A stretch of DNA of 64,000 bases from contig JBGAJA010000002.1 in the NCBI GenBank assembly GCA_044225175.1, positions 472,991-536,990 of the forward strand, in the 5' to 3' direction. Position numbers and translations under genes: made by a program. The notes beneath the pieces are model-generated. The model saw only the letters and a list, made by a program, of their open reading frames with translations. It made no database searches and was not told the origin of the DNA. The DNA is from Candidatus Omnitrophota bacterium. GTDB lineage: Bacteria > Omnitrophota > Gorgyraeia > Zapsychrales > Fredricksoniimonadaceae. Shown here piece by piece: positions 9,001 to 15,831 of the stretch (its first letter is position 1; the number at the start of each line of letters is the position of its first letter).

Positions 9001-11202
9001 CCTCAGAAGCTAAGTTTTGGCCACTTTTATGATTGGCTTTCCGATGTTAAAGACGCTGATATTAGTCATTATACAAAGATGATTCAATCAGCTATTCAAG
9101 GACAAGACAAGACCCAATATGCCTGGATTCGTGAACTTATTCAAAATGCCAGGGACTCTATACGCCGGGCCCGTGAGAGCAGCTTGCTTAAACCTCATGA
9201 GGGGGACATTGATATTCGTAATTTTATCGATGGAGACAATTGGGTCATTTCACTTAAGGATACAGGAACAGGGATGAACTTGTGGCACTTGCTGCGTTAT
9301 TATTTTCCTTTGGACCAATCCTCGAAAGATTACCGCCACGATACAGGGAATTTGGGCCAGGGAAACTACACATTATTTAGTGATTTTGATGAAGTGTTCA
9401 TTCGAACGTCCGATGGCCAAGGCATAATCCATGAAATGACGATTCAGCGTGATGAACAATCAGGCCCTGTCATTACCAACTGGAAGGTCCTCAAAGGTGA
9501 TTATCGCGGCACGGAAATTCGCAGGGTTAAGAAACTGACTAATAGTGATCCTCAGATGGAAAGTTTGTTTTTTGAAGAGGCCTTGGAACGATTTGCTGGG
9601 GCCATGGAATCCCCCGACAACAAACAAGCCAAAGGTCAAACAGCAGATGTGCGGGATGTTAAGATCACCTACAATGGCAAAGAATTTAGCCACGAGATTG
9701 AAAAGACCAGTTCTTCCAGCATGGGAGAATGGGGTGAGTTGTCCCTTGGACGTACTAAAGAAAAGCATAAACGTGCTGTTATCCAAGATGGTTTATTTAT
9801 CAAGGAACCTGATGGCAAAGAGCTAAAGTTTGTTCCTGAGTGGATCCGTTTGGCCTATGAACGTTTTGGCGGCATTTCAATTGCCATTCCAAGGCAAATC
9901 CAATTGAACATTCCAAGAACAGGGTATTCTCAGGAGCATTTGTTTTTACCTACGCTTCAAGCGGCTGTCTTGCACAATATGATCCAAGCCATACTCAAAG
10001 ATTACATGGTGAAGAAAAACAAAGTCCGTATCCCTGGCATGCCTCCGGATTATTTTTATAATCTTGAGACGAGGGATGATCCTCAAGCTAAAAGAATCGC
10101 TGAATGGATGAATCAGGGTGAATATGCCTCCATCACAGAAGAAATGTTGAAACCCTATCTTGGTGATGTGGTCAAATTTTTTGAGCTCATGTCGCATGTC
10201 AAGTTTGAGTCCAAGGAACATTATGGGGAAATCAATTTATTCTTAATTCGTGAGCTTTTGATGAAAGACACGGCAGCAAGGGAGGCTAGGACGCCAGGAT
10301 CAATGACGCGCAGTGTTGGAAGCATTTTTGGAGACAGACGGCCAAGTGGAGAATTTGCGGATGATTTTAAAGAAGCTGCTGGAGAGGAAGCTTTAAAAGG
10401 AGGCAGGGTGTCAGGACAATTAGCTTTGAACTTGGCTGGTAAACGCCAAAGGGACATTGACCCAGAGAAAATTACGAAAGAATTGCCTGAAGAAGGACTG
10501 CTATTATTTAATTATCTCGTTCGAAGAATTCTTGTGCCCATCACAGGCGGTCGTGTTCCACGCGTAGATTTTTATGCCAAGCATGAATTCGTTGTTGCTC
10601 ACGCCATTCCCCGCTATGATTTAATGCAATACAATCTATCTTTAAATAAACAGTGGATTGTACGATTGAAAGAAATCTATGACGATCCAACTTTACTAAA
10701 GCAAGAACTGGAATTGGGCCGGGAAAGCTTTATTTGGAAAATCATTGAGACAACGGTCCATGAGCGTAACCATTTGGTAGACCGTGAAGAACCAGGGGAC
10801 CATACGCATCACAGTCATGAGAGCATTGAAGGTGTAGATTCCATCAAGGACGACCGTTTTGCCCCACGCATGGGTCGCGACTTGGATGTCATTTTGAAGA
10901 CTTGGGCCCAAGAAGGAATTGATCGAATTTTTCATCAGGCGATTGGTCATATGAAAGAATACATTGCTGCCCATACCAAAGATTTAGCCATGCAGTCTAG
11001 GGAAACCACCCAGAAGGTTGAAAATCCAGGCGGTATTGACCTTAATCAAATCCATGTTGACCGCAAAGGCCAAAGCATCAACATCCAATTCGACCCAGCC
11101 CAATTCAGACAACTCCTTAAAGACAACTTCGAAGGCTTCACCCCCACTATCCTTGAAATCACCCCCCTGCAAAGCCCTTTGCCGCTTTTGGGTGTGGGAT
11201 AA
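28..11202 (+). CDS. giant multidomain protein (>=3724 aa) with two Hsp90/sacsin-like GHKL ATPase motif sets flanking ~383-aa tandem repeats; frame is open to position 1, so the true start may lie upstream of the window (first in-window start is GTG at 28)
   Basis: ORF track. N-box-like ELISNASDA (nt ~940-966, the Hsp90 signature) followed by G2-like GRFGMGAF and a G1-like VEDQGSGM (nt ~1399-1422). A second, canonically ordered set: N-box RELIQNARDS (nt 9131-9160), G1 KDTGTGM (nt ~9256-9276), G2 GNLGQGNYT (nt ~9345-9365). ELxQNAxDA is the hallmark of sacsin-type repeat ATPase modules. Confidence 0.8.
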   Translation: MPVNTFNKVWILPDEAQVFENKGAVYVTKSTLKVMLDEDYLAMNKHNVGVGSKPTHMRAGLPAGQAGLEPAPTDSNYIGSKIIRDIVIPEITKEINTGKNFAPLRQIYSSLILAKWFKETIQNGLLDSLYTNKSKTSGINLLDPSIKQKIYERYLQAYKKGVFNYIKEDKAPTGQTTPRKYFSGGLQVMPHQLDTKGNAAMISTTGTFSVKVSLDVPVDNSMLGPQAFDEKTAIDLTQYISYRQIFQAEGGEGDDVIGYLDEEGGNKEIRAIIDDSAKNLTPAKIDFLITRQAAIEQSILELISNASDATTGRASPIGRFGMGAFQMLAFVLDKSNPPLDQGAYIAVDTATQANKGRRIIFFKGRDGKIKFNIQNIQKETRGTQVSIHFPKKLDKDFRTNLEKFLKEKLNLSTKMKINVNGTLINSLDNHIYLNGDQVQYELPDQQIDVTIKSGVITVEDQGSGMSDEVIFDKYLIPRLGENQAKPKPLSVQDIEKQVHIFYKGPQKTVKVAKSRIVFQVSGVNIQSQTIEGFSLPSEIIIQLPSSTLLTVTRDEIQIDEMTHEAIKILAQKIIDRKPIHQIALLNGFMQALRFLDEKNKRTNALQPLVQSAREIVMPFVRKQTGLVLPNDVVFRDITTPQDTLFLDEDLIYELSPEQIPGAVDIQEAFRPGTLKKAFAVPFKKDSPLTYLEFRGFLLLNQSLYEAYRQYPMFLNLRLNFSVGYGKEVPAKGWILTPQEVLERQKTTEKQPLVMEQLLANYPALQKIMTENLGNSFKEIIKPQDENQTPPSESQIRRLLATLEKFIREIPPNLYPNWEDVLDFNALIDATHAIMLPSKDFLNTESKYFSNVQHPERMERYIKNLLMASSLSHLSDQRTVHHIISQSDPNAFDVMDDHLVEDIQKVFKVRDLENFEEAFKALNQGLPHTKGEGTQRFILRWLRIYKDNPKAADSFAEVLAQEYPRDEESSTFIPSTTKQFGSIGLPDKPLGQMKEDKEYQHSSVFKTPEGRSIFYVSGYRGVKFLEVEAKSGQMRQLAEIPEKFYKFSFTGAIHDGKAFFVANTAHHVQVFTLNLDSFEYGEVFSISEDKFYQQMTGENIHFKDASFRVDCLNISSKDDPVILFRPYSRMSEYIHYQSFLARFNISKNTFEVLNGYFDREEEGSSNIRLLLETKEQLIININDGDQVIMIDKATHQIKETEIQIEPGHSLDYKSKLLYESPKKEIFVLGVNDGFKVYKLDLNNHKSFELIMDLSDQYSVSGIGQAIEVIETGKNPLVIIRDVDRNLKLLRLDLEKRSHEVQILPISMDQNLGQNDLVSSLSFDPSSKMLLDVLAERKHDLTHFLAWDLNPPKGQKPPQVQSQASSKPFGSIGVPNKPFASAQKKIKGLPENIKSLRLKTPQGESIFYASGEEGVRFLAVDPQSQEVRELEGWSKDSFTGFKYTGAIRDYKAIFVGRNRGHIIKFFSWDLKSYKLEEISSISSYDLYENLSGGEHSQGADWQINPIQINEQDDPIVLLEDIEGQYSSLMVRFNLSTTKFDVLGKFPDIRYRDISTAIVETSKEVIYQQTDKRFYIYDKMTHKISLKDIEVPEEFELSQTTTLLYETKEELFIMEIGINTRVYKMNLITNTASLVMDLSEEINAGISGTLEVVELGAQPIVIIQDDENELTILRLDLNQGSHEIQSLPIPIDLQSTAAKFLSFDPTSKILSGSFKDSENQRHLLFWDLNPPKTQKSINPQPISSKPFGSIGVPSKPLGHVEHQKSFIRSSSFRTPQGRSIFYLSGRSGATFLEVDPKSNQIMKELAEIPGTFEQFYFTGAIYDHKAIFISDDGKKIKFFSLDLDSFKYQEIFSMPAQDLYRTLSGNQVNSRDFAFEINCLRNSSQNNPTILLRSKNAGGYKSFLTRFHVSENTFEVLSQYSEDNDPEIRLLLETKDKWIISIKRRSDQFLVIDKMTNEMQKMIIEREEAHSLNYLSKVLYESPQKEVFVIGTNGSIKLYKLDLNKSKHFQIVMDLSNENDLFVEDYAEPPQVIENGQHPMVIVRRNLKEFKLIRFDLEQQTYEIQSLSIPLTLKEIGHESLSFDPSSRILLGSFIDTDDQTYIISWDLNPPKNIKSPSKPKGLKDQFILDVAKHPDKPMVVFSDMHSEVLFTGQFDQDNRPIFVHVNEQGEIIFETVDSSGQRKELTRKAMDEKDPPYHINATGLHDKQGLPIFNVTNRGGEPRHKIRHSNYLVSLNPLDKTIHLVSMESVFDEMGMADLQFTGEYDAQGRSICVTGARLGKYFAVLAIDPVTGQREVLSKQELGKGGDALLIWLPKDILHTMAAMQYSYNQSVIEIVRYDAKAKKFDVVSIDTGKEIGDGNVITFNNQPAFLLSKNGKDYILPLDKQTLQMRGQSIEVDHKFSDYIIQTDFYTPEGDRIYAGEIRGQDEISYFTLNSSGKVTVLRNTNFFQSFKREVSSIISPHIKFDPESRFVFFSSELGSEGINANQHLFSFWDLSNSVTFGPGTGFTTQRVFLSENVRQPLKPVVKNGLSASLVPRRHNIFTGQLDHNRNPIFIDWDNDKRRIVFSVLNLQTGNIEELSSKKIPKFSDANFYPTRLKNKDGHLVVIGTFHPMSIRGDQGINLRIFSINPVTLEVRVVENSNSYPEGYGIYSTGSYDDKGRPIFFYNTLFDQQLVSIDLDTAKIDGLKEPIKVHPDTPVIRSGPMEGKGIFKFPITFENLNNGQSYSVELNFPDDQARQLKQKIIHLPSQMEVKDVVSGHTGEAILVCEKDKKIFLWNFDQKTLELKGQPVEFNRFQWDEVKSLDSFDHEGNPYFMAPEGNKLIVFSLGRQLNIKIKKELTFQIPEELPEYAEIKKSEYEYLGDLKLLRVGWQTSLSSQFELFFDMTSFIEDKLIDLPDIHEESDSGVDFIRTGFAALDSRDDLSGLPSKVRAIVRFLKDEKIALVEEKAIEPAPSAWEDVDEISDEKIPLATLNYLYAVFAKEMEKLQVNPQKLSFGHFYDWLSDVKDADISHYTKMIQSAIQGQDKTQYAWIRELIQNARDSIRRARESSLLKPHEGDIDIRNFIDGDNWVISLKDTGTGMNLWHLLRYYFPLDQSSKDYRHDTGNLGQGNYTLFSDFDEVFIRTSDGQGIIHEMTIQRDEQSGPVITNWKVLKGDYRGTEIRRVKKLTNSDPQMESLFFEEALERFAGAMESPDNKQAKGQTADVRDVKITYNGKEFSHEIEKTSSSSMGEWGELSLGRTKEKHKRAVIQDGLFIKEPDGKELKFVPEWIRLAYERFGGISIAIPRQIQLNIPRTGYSQEHLFLPTLQAAVLHNMIQAILKDYMVKKNKVRIPGMPPDYFYNLETRDDPQAKRIAEWMNQGEYASITEEMLKPYLGDVVKFFELMSHVKFESKEHYGEINLFLIRELLMKDTAAREARTPGSMTRSVGSIFGDRRPSGEFADDFKEAAGEEALKGGRVSGQLALNLAGKRQRDIDPEKITKELPEEGLLLFNYLVRRILVPITGGRVPRVDFYAKHEFVVAHAIPRYDLMQYNLSLNKQWIVRLKEIYDDPTLLKQELELGRESFIWKIIETTVHERNHLVDREEPGDHTHHSHESIEGVDSIKDDRFAPRMGRDLDVILKTWAQEGIDRIFHQAIGHMKEYIAAHTKDLAMQSRETTQKVENPGGIDLNQIHVDRKGQSINIQFDPAQFRQLLKDNFEGFTPTILEITPLQSPLPLLGVG
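2950..6380 (+). repeat. three in-frame ~1150-nt (~383-aa) tandem repeats inside the giant CDS; each starts KP/QFGSIG(V/L)P.KP and ends WDLNPPK
   Basis: Repeat units begin near nt 2950, 4100 and 5250 (KQFGSIGLPDKPLG / KPFGSIGVPNKPFA / KPFGSIGVPSKPLG). Conserved blocks recur in each: TPxGxSIFYxSG, FTGAIxDxKAxFV, LxFxxLxTxDKxTH and WDLNPPK. Confidence 0.7.
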
Positions 11203-11256
11203 AAAAATAAGATTAGTCTCTGGTCAGATTAAACCAATGGTATAATTCATCCATTC

Positions 11257-11292
11257 TGCTTCGCTAAAAAGCTTTCGCGTTTAGCTTCGCAG
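11257..11292. repeat. 36-bp element tgcttcgctaaaaagctttcgcgtttagcttcgcag; left copy of a perfect inverted-repeat pair
   Basis: Exact reverse complement of 26401-26436 (checked base by base). Intergenic between the giant CDS and the first GalT-like gene. A partial extra copy ttcgctaaaaa lies at 11296-11306. Confidence 0.9.
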
Positions 11293-11317
11293 AATTTCGC
11301 TAAAAAAAATAATCAAG

Positions 11318-12307
11318 GTGCTCATGCCTCAAATACGTAAAGACTCAATTGTAAATCGCTGGGTAATTGTTGCAACAGAAAGGGCCCGCCGTCCGGCTGC
11401 TTTCATTGAACCTGTCAGTCACACGACAGATCCCAAGGATTGTCCTTTTTGTAAAATCAATGAGCCAACACTTTTTACTAATGGTCGGGTGAGTGTTTAT
11501 AAAAGTGCTACACCTTTTTTTGACAATTCTAAGCCTTTTGTCCGAGAGAAACATGGTCTGTATGAAACCTCTTCAAGTTGGGGCAGTCACGAAGTTGTGG
11601 TTGAATCCAAAGAGCACATTGCCAATATGGCAGATTTACCTTTAGAGGATGTTCAAAAAGTCTTTGAATCTTATGCCCAACGCATGTCTATTCATCGTCG
11701 CGACCATAGCATTCGCTATGTGTTAGCTTACAAGAATTACGGCATTGCAGCAGGCGGCAGGCCAATTGGACATGCGCGTTCTCAGATCATGGCAATTCCG
11801 GTGAACCCCATTCGTGTTAAAGATAAAATTAAAGGGGCCAAACGTTATTTTGATTTCCATGAACGCTGTTTATTTTGTGATTTGATTCGTCAAGAACGTA
11901 AGGATTCCCAGCGGGTGATCCTGGAGAATCGAGAATTCTTGGCGATCATGCCCTTTGCCTCTCGTTTTCCTTTTGAAACATGGATCATCCCTAAACGACA
12001 TTCGTGTGATTTTGCCTCAGGCGTTGCAGGCCATGAAGATCAATTGGCGCAGATGATGAAAGAACTTTTATTGCGATTTAAAATTGGGTTAAATGATCCT
12101 GCTTATAACTATGTGATTCAATCAGCGCCTTTTGAAGAAGGCGGCAGATATAAAGAATACCCAACCATAGAAGAAGATTATCATTGGCACATTGAACTGA
12201 TGCCAAGACTGACCCGTGTGGCTGGTTTTGAACGCGGAACAGGCTTCTATATTAACCCCATTCCTCCAGAGATGACGGCGGAATTTTTAAGAGATGTGAA
12301 AATCTAA
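11318..12307 (+). CDS. galactose-1-phosphate uridylyltransferase (GalT)/HIT-family protein, paralog 1; active-site motif reads HARSQ (second His replaced by Arg)
   Basis: CPFC zinc-knuckle (DCPFCKINE), a second CxxC (CLFCDLI) and GalT-like overall layout. Aligns with the downstream paralog, which has the canonical HAHSQ. Confidence 0.65.
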   Translation: MLMPQIRKDSIVNRWVIVATERARRPAAFIEPVSHTTDPKDCPFCKINEPTLFTNGRVSVYKSATPFFDNSKPFVREKHGLYETSSSWGSHEVVVESKEHIANMADLPLEDVQKVFESYAQRMSIHRRDHSIRYVLAYKNYGIAAGGRPIGHARSQIMAIPVNPIRVKDKIKGAKRYFDFHERCLFCDLIRQERKDSQRVILENREFLAIMPFASRFPFETWIIPKRHSCDFASGVAGHEDQLAQMMKELLLRFKIGLNDPAYNYVIQSAPFEEGGRYKEYPTIEEDYHWHIELMPRLTRVAGFERGTGFYINPIPPEMTAEFLRDVKI

Positions 12308-13302
12308 TGGCTCAATTACGCAAAGACCCCATTGTTGGACGTTGGACGATGATTGATACGGATCATCTGAAGGGGCCTAGTGATTTCGTTAAAGAAGATC
12401 ACAAACCTGTCCATGAGGCTATTTGTCCTTTTTGTCCGGGACGAGAGACTCGTACGCCAGCGGAATTGGATGCTAATCGTCCTTCCGGGGCAGCTGCCAA
12501 AATCTCCGACTGGAAGGTCCGTACTATCCCTAACAAATTTCCGGCCCTTTTACATGAAGGAGTTTTGGAAAAAGAAGGAGTGGGGATGTTTGATGTGATC
12601 TCCGGCTACGGGGCCCATGAAGTTGTGATTGAAAGCCCTCAACACAGTAAGCAGATGGCCGATTTGACTCCGGCTGAGATGGTTCTTGTGTTAAATCAGT
12701 ATCAACGCCGCTATAAAACACTTGCTTTAGATTCAAAGTTGAAATATGTCATCATTTTTAAGAACTTTGGCAAGTCTGCTGGGGCTACCGTTGAACATGC
12801 CCACTCACAGATCATTGCTTTGCCTATGGTTCCTAAATACGTTCTTGAAGAAATTGAAGGGGCAGAAGAGTTTCATAAAATGAACGGCGCTTGCGTATTT
12901 TGCGAGATTTTAAAGCAAGAAAAGAAAGATCAAGACCGCATTGTCTGTGAGAACAGCTCATTTATTAGTTTTTGCCCTTATGCCCCACGCTATGCCTTTG
13001 AAACATGGGTGATGCCTCAGGTCCATCAAGCCCATTTTGCAGATTTGGATGAAGCTCAGATAGGTAGTTTAGCTGAGCATCTTTTGGATGTCTTGGGTCG
13101 TATCAAAAGATGTTTGTCTAATCCTTCCTATAATTTCTATCTGCACACATCTCCCATAAATTATGGCCGTCCTGACTGTTACCACTGGCACATTGAGATT
13201 ATTCCTAAGCTTTCCCGCAGTATTGGCTTTGAATGGGGCACAGGTCTACAGATCGTGCCAACCTACCCTCACGATGCTGCCAAGCATTTAAGAGACGTCT
13301 AA
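12307..13302 (+). CDS. galT: galactose-1-phosphate uridylyltransferase (GalT)-family nucleotidyltransferase/phosphorylase, paralog 2 (canonical HxHxQ)
   Basis: ICPFCPGRE zinc site, EHAHSQ (HxHxQ nucleophile motif), second CVFC motif. Start overlaps the stop of paralog 1 by 1 nt. Confidence 0.7.
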   Translation: MAQLRKDPIVGRWTMIDTDHLKGPSDFVKEDHKPVHEAICPFCPGRETRTPAELDANRPSGAAAKISDWKVRTIPNKFPALLHEGVLEKEGVGMFDVISGYGAHEVVIESPQHSKQMADLTPAEMVLVLNQYQRRYKTLALDSKLKYVIIFKNFGKSAGATVEHAHSQIIALPMVPKYVLEEIEGAEEFHKMNGACVFCEILKQEKKDQDRIVCENSSFISFCPYAPRYAFETWVMPQVHQAHFADLDEAQIGSLAEHLLDVLGRIKRCLSNPSYNFYLHTSPINYGRPDCYHWHIEIIPKLSRSIGFEWGTGLQIVPTYPHDAAKHLRDV

Positions 13303-13396
13303 ATCAGTATTGACAAAATGTTAGGGATGGATATCATTGTTAGGTTTGTAATCTTATTCAACCCCATTTCGGGGAGTTTATTCAAGGAGGAGTTAG

Positions 13397-14458
<1,062 letters not shown>

Positions 14459-14815
14459 GTGAAAAAAGAATACGTTTGGAAAAAACAGTCGATGGCTTCT
14501 AATTTAGAGGTCATCGACTGTTTGGTTTATGACCCTATTAAGGATTTTAGTATGGATCCCTCCGGGTGTTATGTGCTGATTCGTGTAGACCAGAAGGATG
14601 GTGTGATTGAAGTTGCCATTTGTGATAAGAAACATACGATTATTAAAGTCTTCAGAGGTAAGAAATCTCAAGATATATATCATTCCATTTTTCAGTCTGA
14701 GAACAATGATGGTGTAGAGTGGTTTAAATCCAAAAATCACATCGCCTATTTAGGTAAAGAGCTCAAAAAGGCAGAATATGCTTTGGCAGGGAAAGAAGAA
14801 CACTGGCAGGAATAA
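14459..14815 (+). CDS. small hypothetical protein (118 aa; listed start is GTG overlapping the gap stop, an ATG at ~14492 is an alternative)
   Basis: ORF track only; no motif I can name confidently. Confidence 0.4.
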   Translation: MKKEYVWKKQSMASNLEVIDCLVYDPIKDFSMDPSGCYVLIRVDQKDGVIEVAICDKKHTIIKVFRGKKSQDIYHSIFQSENNDGVEWFKSKNHIAYLGKELKKAEYALAGKEEHWQE

Positions 14816-14900
14816 AGTATTGACTATCAATTGAGTTTATTTAGAATGCATCCCATTACCCCTAAAGGGTTTATCCATAAATATTCATAGGAGACACCTG

Positions 14901-15830
14901 ATGCTTCGTAAAAAGATTTGTGTCGTTATTCCAACCAAAAATGAACAAGCAACTATTGGCCAGGTCATCGAACAGGTCCGTGTGGAAATCGCAGCTTTAG
15001 GACATGATTTAGTAGGGATTATTGTGACCGATGACTCAAAAGACCAGACCAGGCGTATTGCAAAGCAATTAGGAGCAACGGTAGTTGTGGGGGGCGGCAA
15101 AGGTTTGGGTAATGCTATGTTTAAAGGGTTAAAAGCCGCAGCTAGTTTTCATCCAGATATTATTGTGTCCATGGATGCAGATGGCCAATCTGATCTTAAA
15201 GAAATAGGGCGTTTTATTGAGCCTATTATTAATGACGAAGCGGATTTTGTTTTGGGTTCCCGTTTTCAGGAAAAGGGATTGATTCATTATCATTACCGCT
15301 GGAAGAACCGTACGGGAATTAGGATTTTGGTCAAAATTTTGTGCTCATTAACTAAACTTCCTCTGACCGATTCTCATGGCGGCTTGAGGGCTATGATTCC
15401 TGAGGTAGCTAGAGAATTGGAAATGACAGGTACCCATACCTACGTCCAGGAAACTATCATTGATGCTTATGAAAAAGGTTTTCGTATTAAGGAAATACCC
15501 AGTGCTTGGGCTGCACGTGAATCAGGTTCTTCAAGGGTAGTGTCTTCCATTCCAGTGTATGTATTTTATACTTTGCCAGTATTGATTTTACGTTCGGGTA
15601 ATCATATTAAGTTCTTATATCCTTTTGGACTATTCTTTTTATTCTTGGCTGTGTTAGATTTCTTGATTGTTGGTATAGATGTTAATTTTAATTTTATGAA
15701 GATGCTTGATCGACAGACATTTCATATGATTTTGATGTTAGTTTCGATTGGTTTAAATATGTTTTTTATGGGGTTTGTCTTGGAGTTGATCCATCGCATT
15801 AAAGGGCGTTTGGACAAACAGGAAAATTAA
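14901..15830 (+). CDS. family-2 glycosyltransferase (DPM1/ArnC-like, polyprenyl-phosphate sugar synthase type) with C-terminal TM helices
   Basis: N-terminal VVIPTKNEQ...TDDSKD...MDADGQ GT-A/DxD architecture; hydrophobic C-terminal segments. Confidence 0.75.
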   Translation: MLRKKICVVIPTKNEQATIGQVIEQVRVEIAALGHDLVGIIVTDDSKDQTRRIAKQLGATVVVGGGKGLGNAMFKGLKAAASFHPDIIVSMDADGQSDLKEIGRFIEPIINDEADFVLGSRFQEKGLIHYHYRWKNRTGIRILVKILCSLTKLPLTDSHGGLRAMIPEVARELEMTGTHTYVQETIIDAYEKGFRIKEIPSAWAARESGSSRVVSSIPVYVFYTLPVLILRSGNHIKFLYPFGLFFLFLAVLDFLIVGIDVNFNFMKMLDRQTFHMILMLVSIGLNMFFMGFVLELIHRIKGRLDKQEN

Positions 15831-15831
15831 C

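Noticed and set aside
667-11245. About 20 short ORFs (60-125 aa) on the minus strand or in alternative frames inside the giant gene (e.g. 667..918, 765..1079, 8517..8828, 9460..9786, 10221..10457)
   Set aside because: They are fully embedded in a long ORF with strong protein-level motifs. They have no RBS and no recognisable motifs, and are typical shadow ORFs of an AT-rich coding region.
11257-11292. The 36-bp element as a Rho-independent terminator for the giant gene
   Set aside because: Only a weak 5-6 bp stem (ctaaa/tttag) and no 3' U-tract on the + strand (it is followed by an A-tract). A terminator would not explain the perfect inverted copy 15 kb away.
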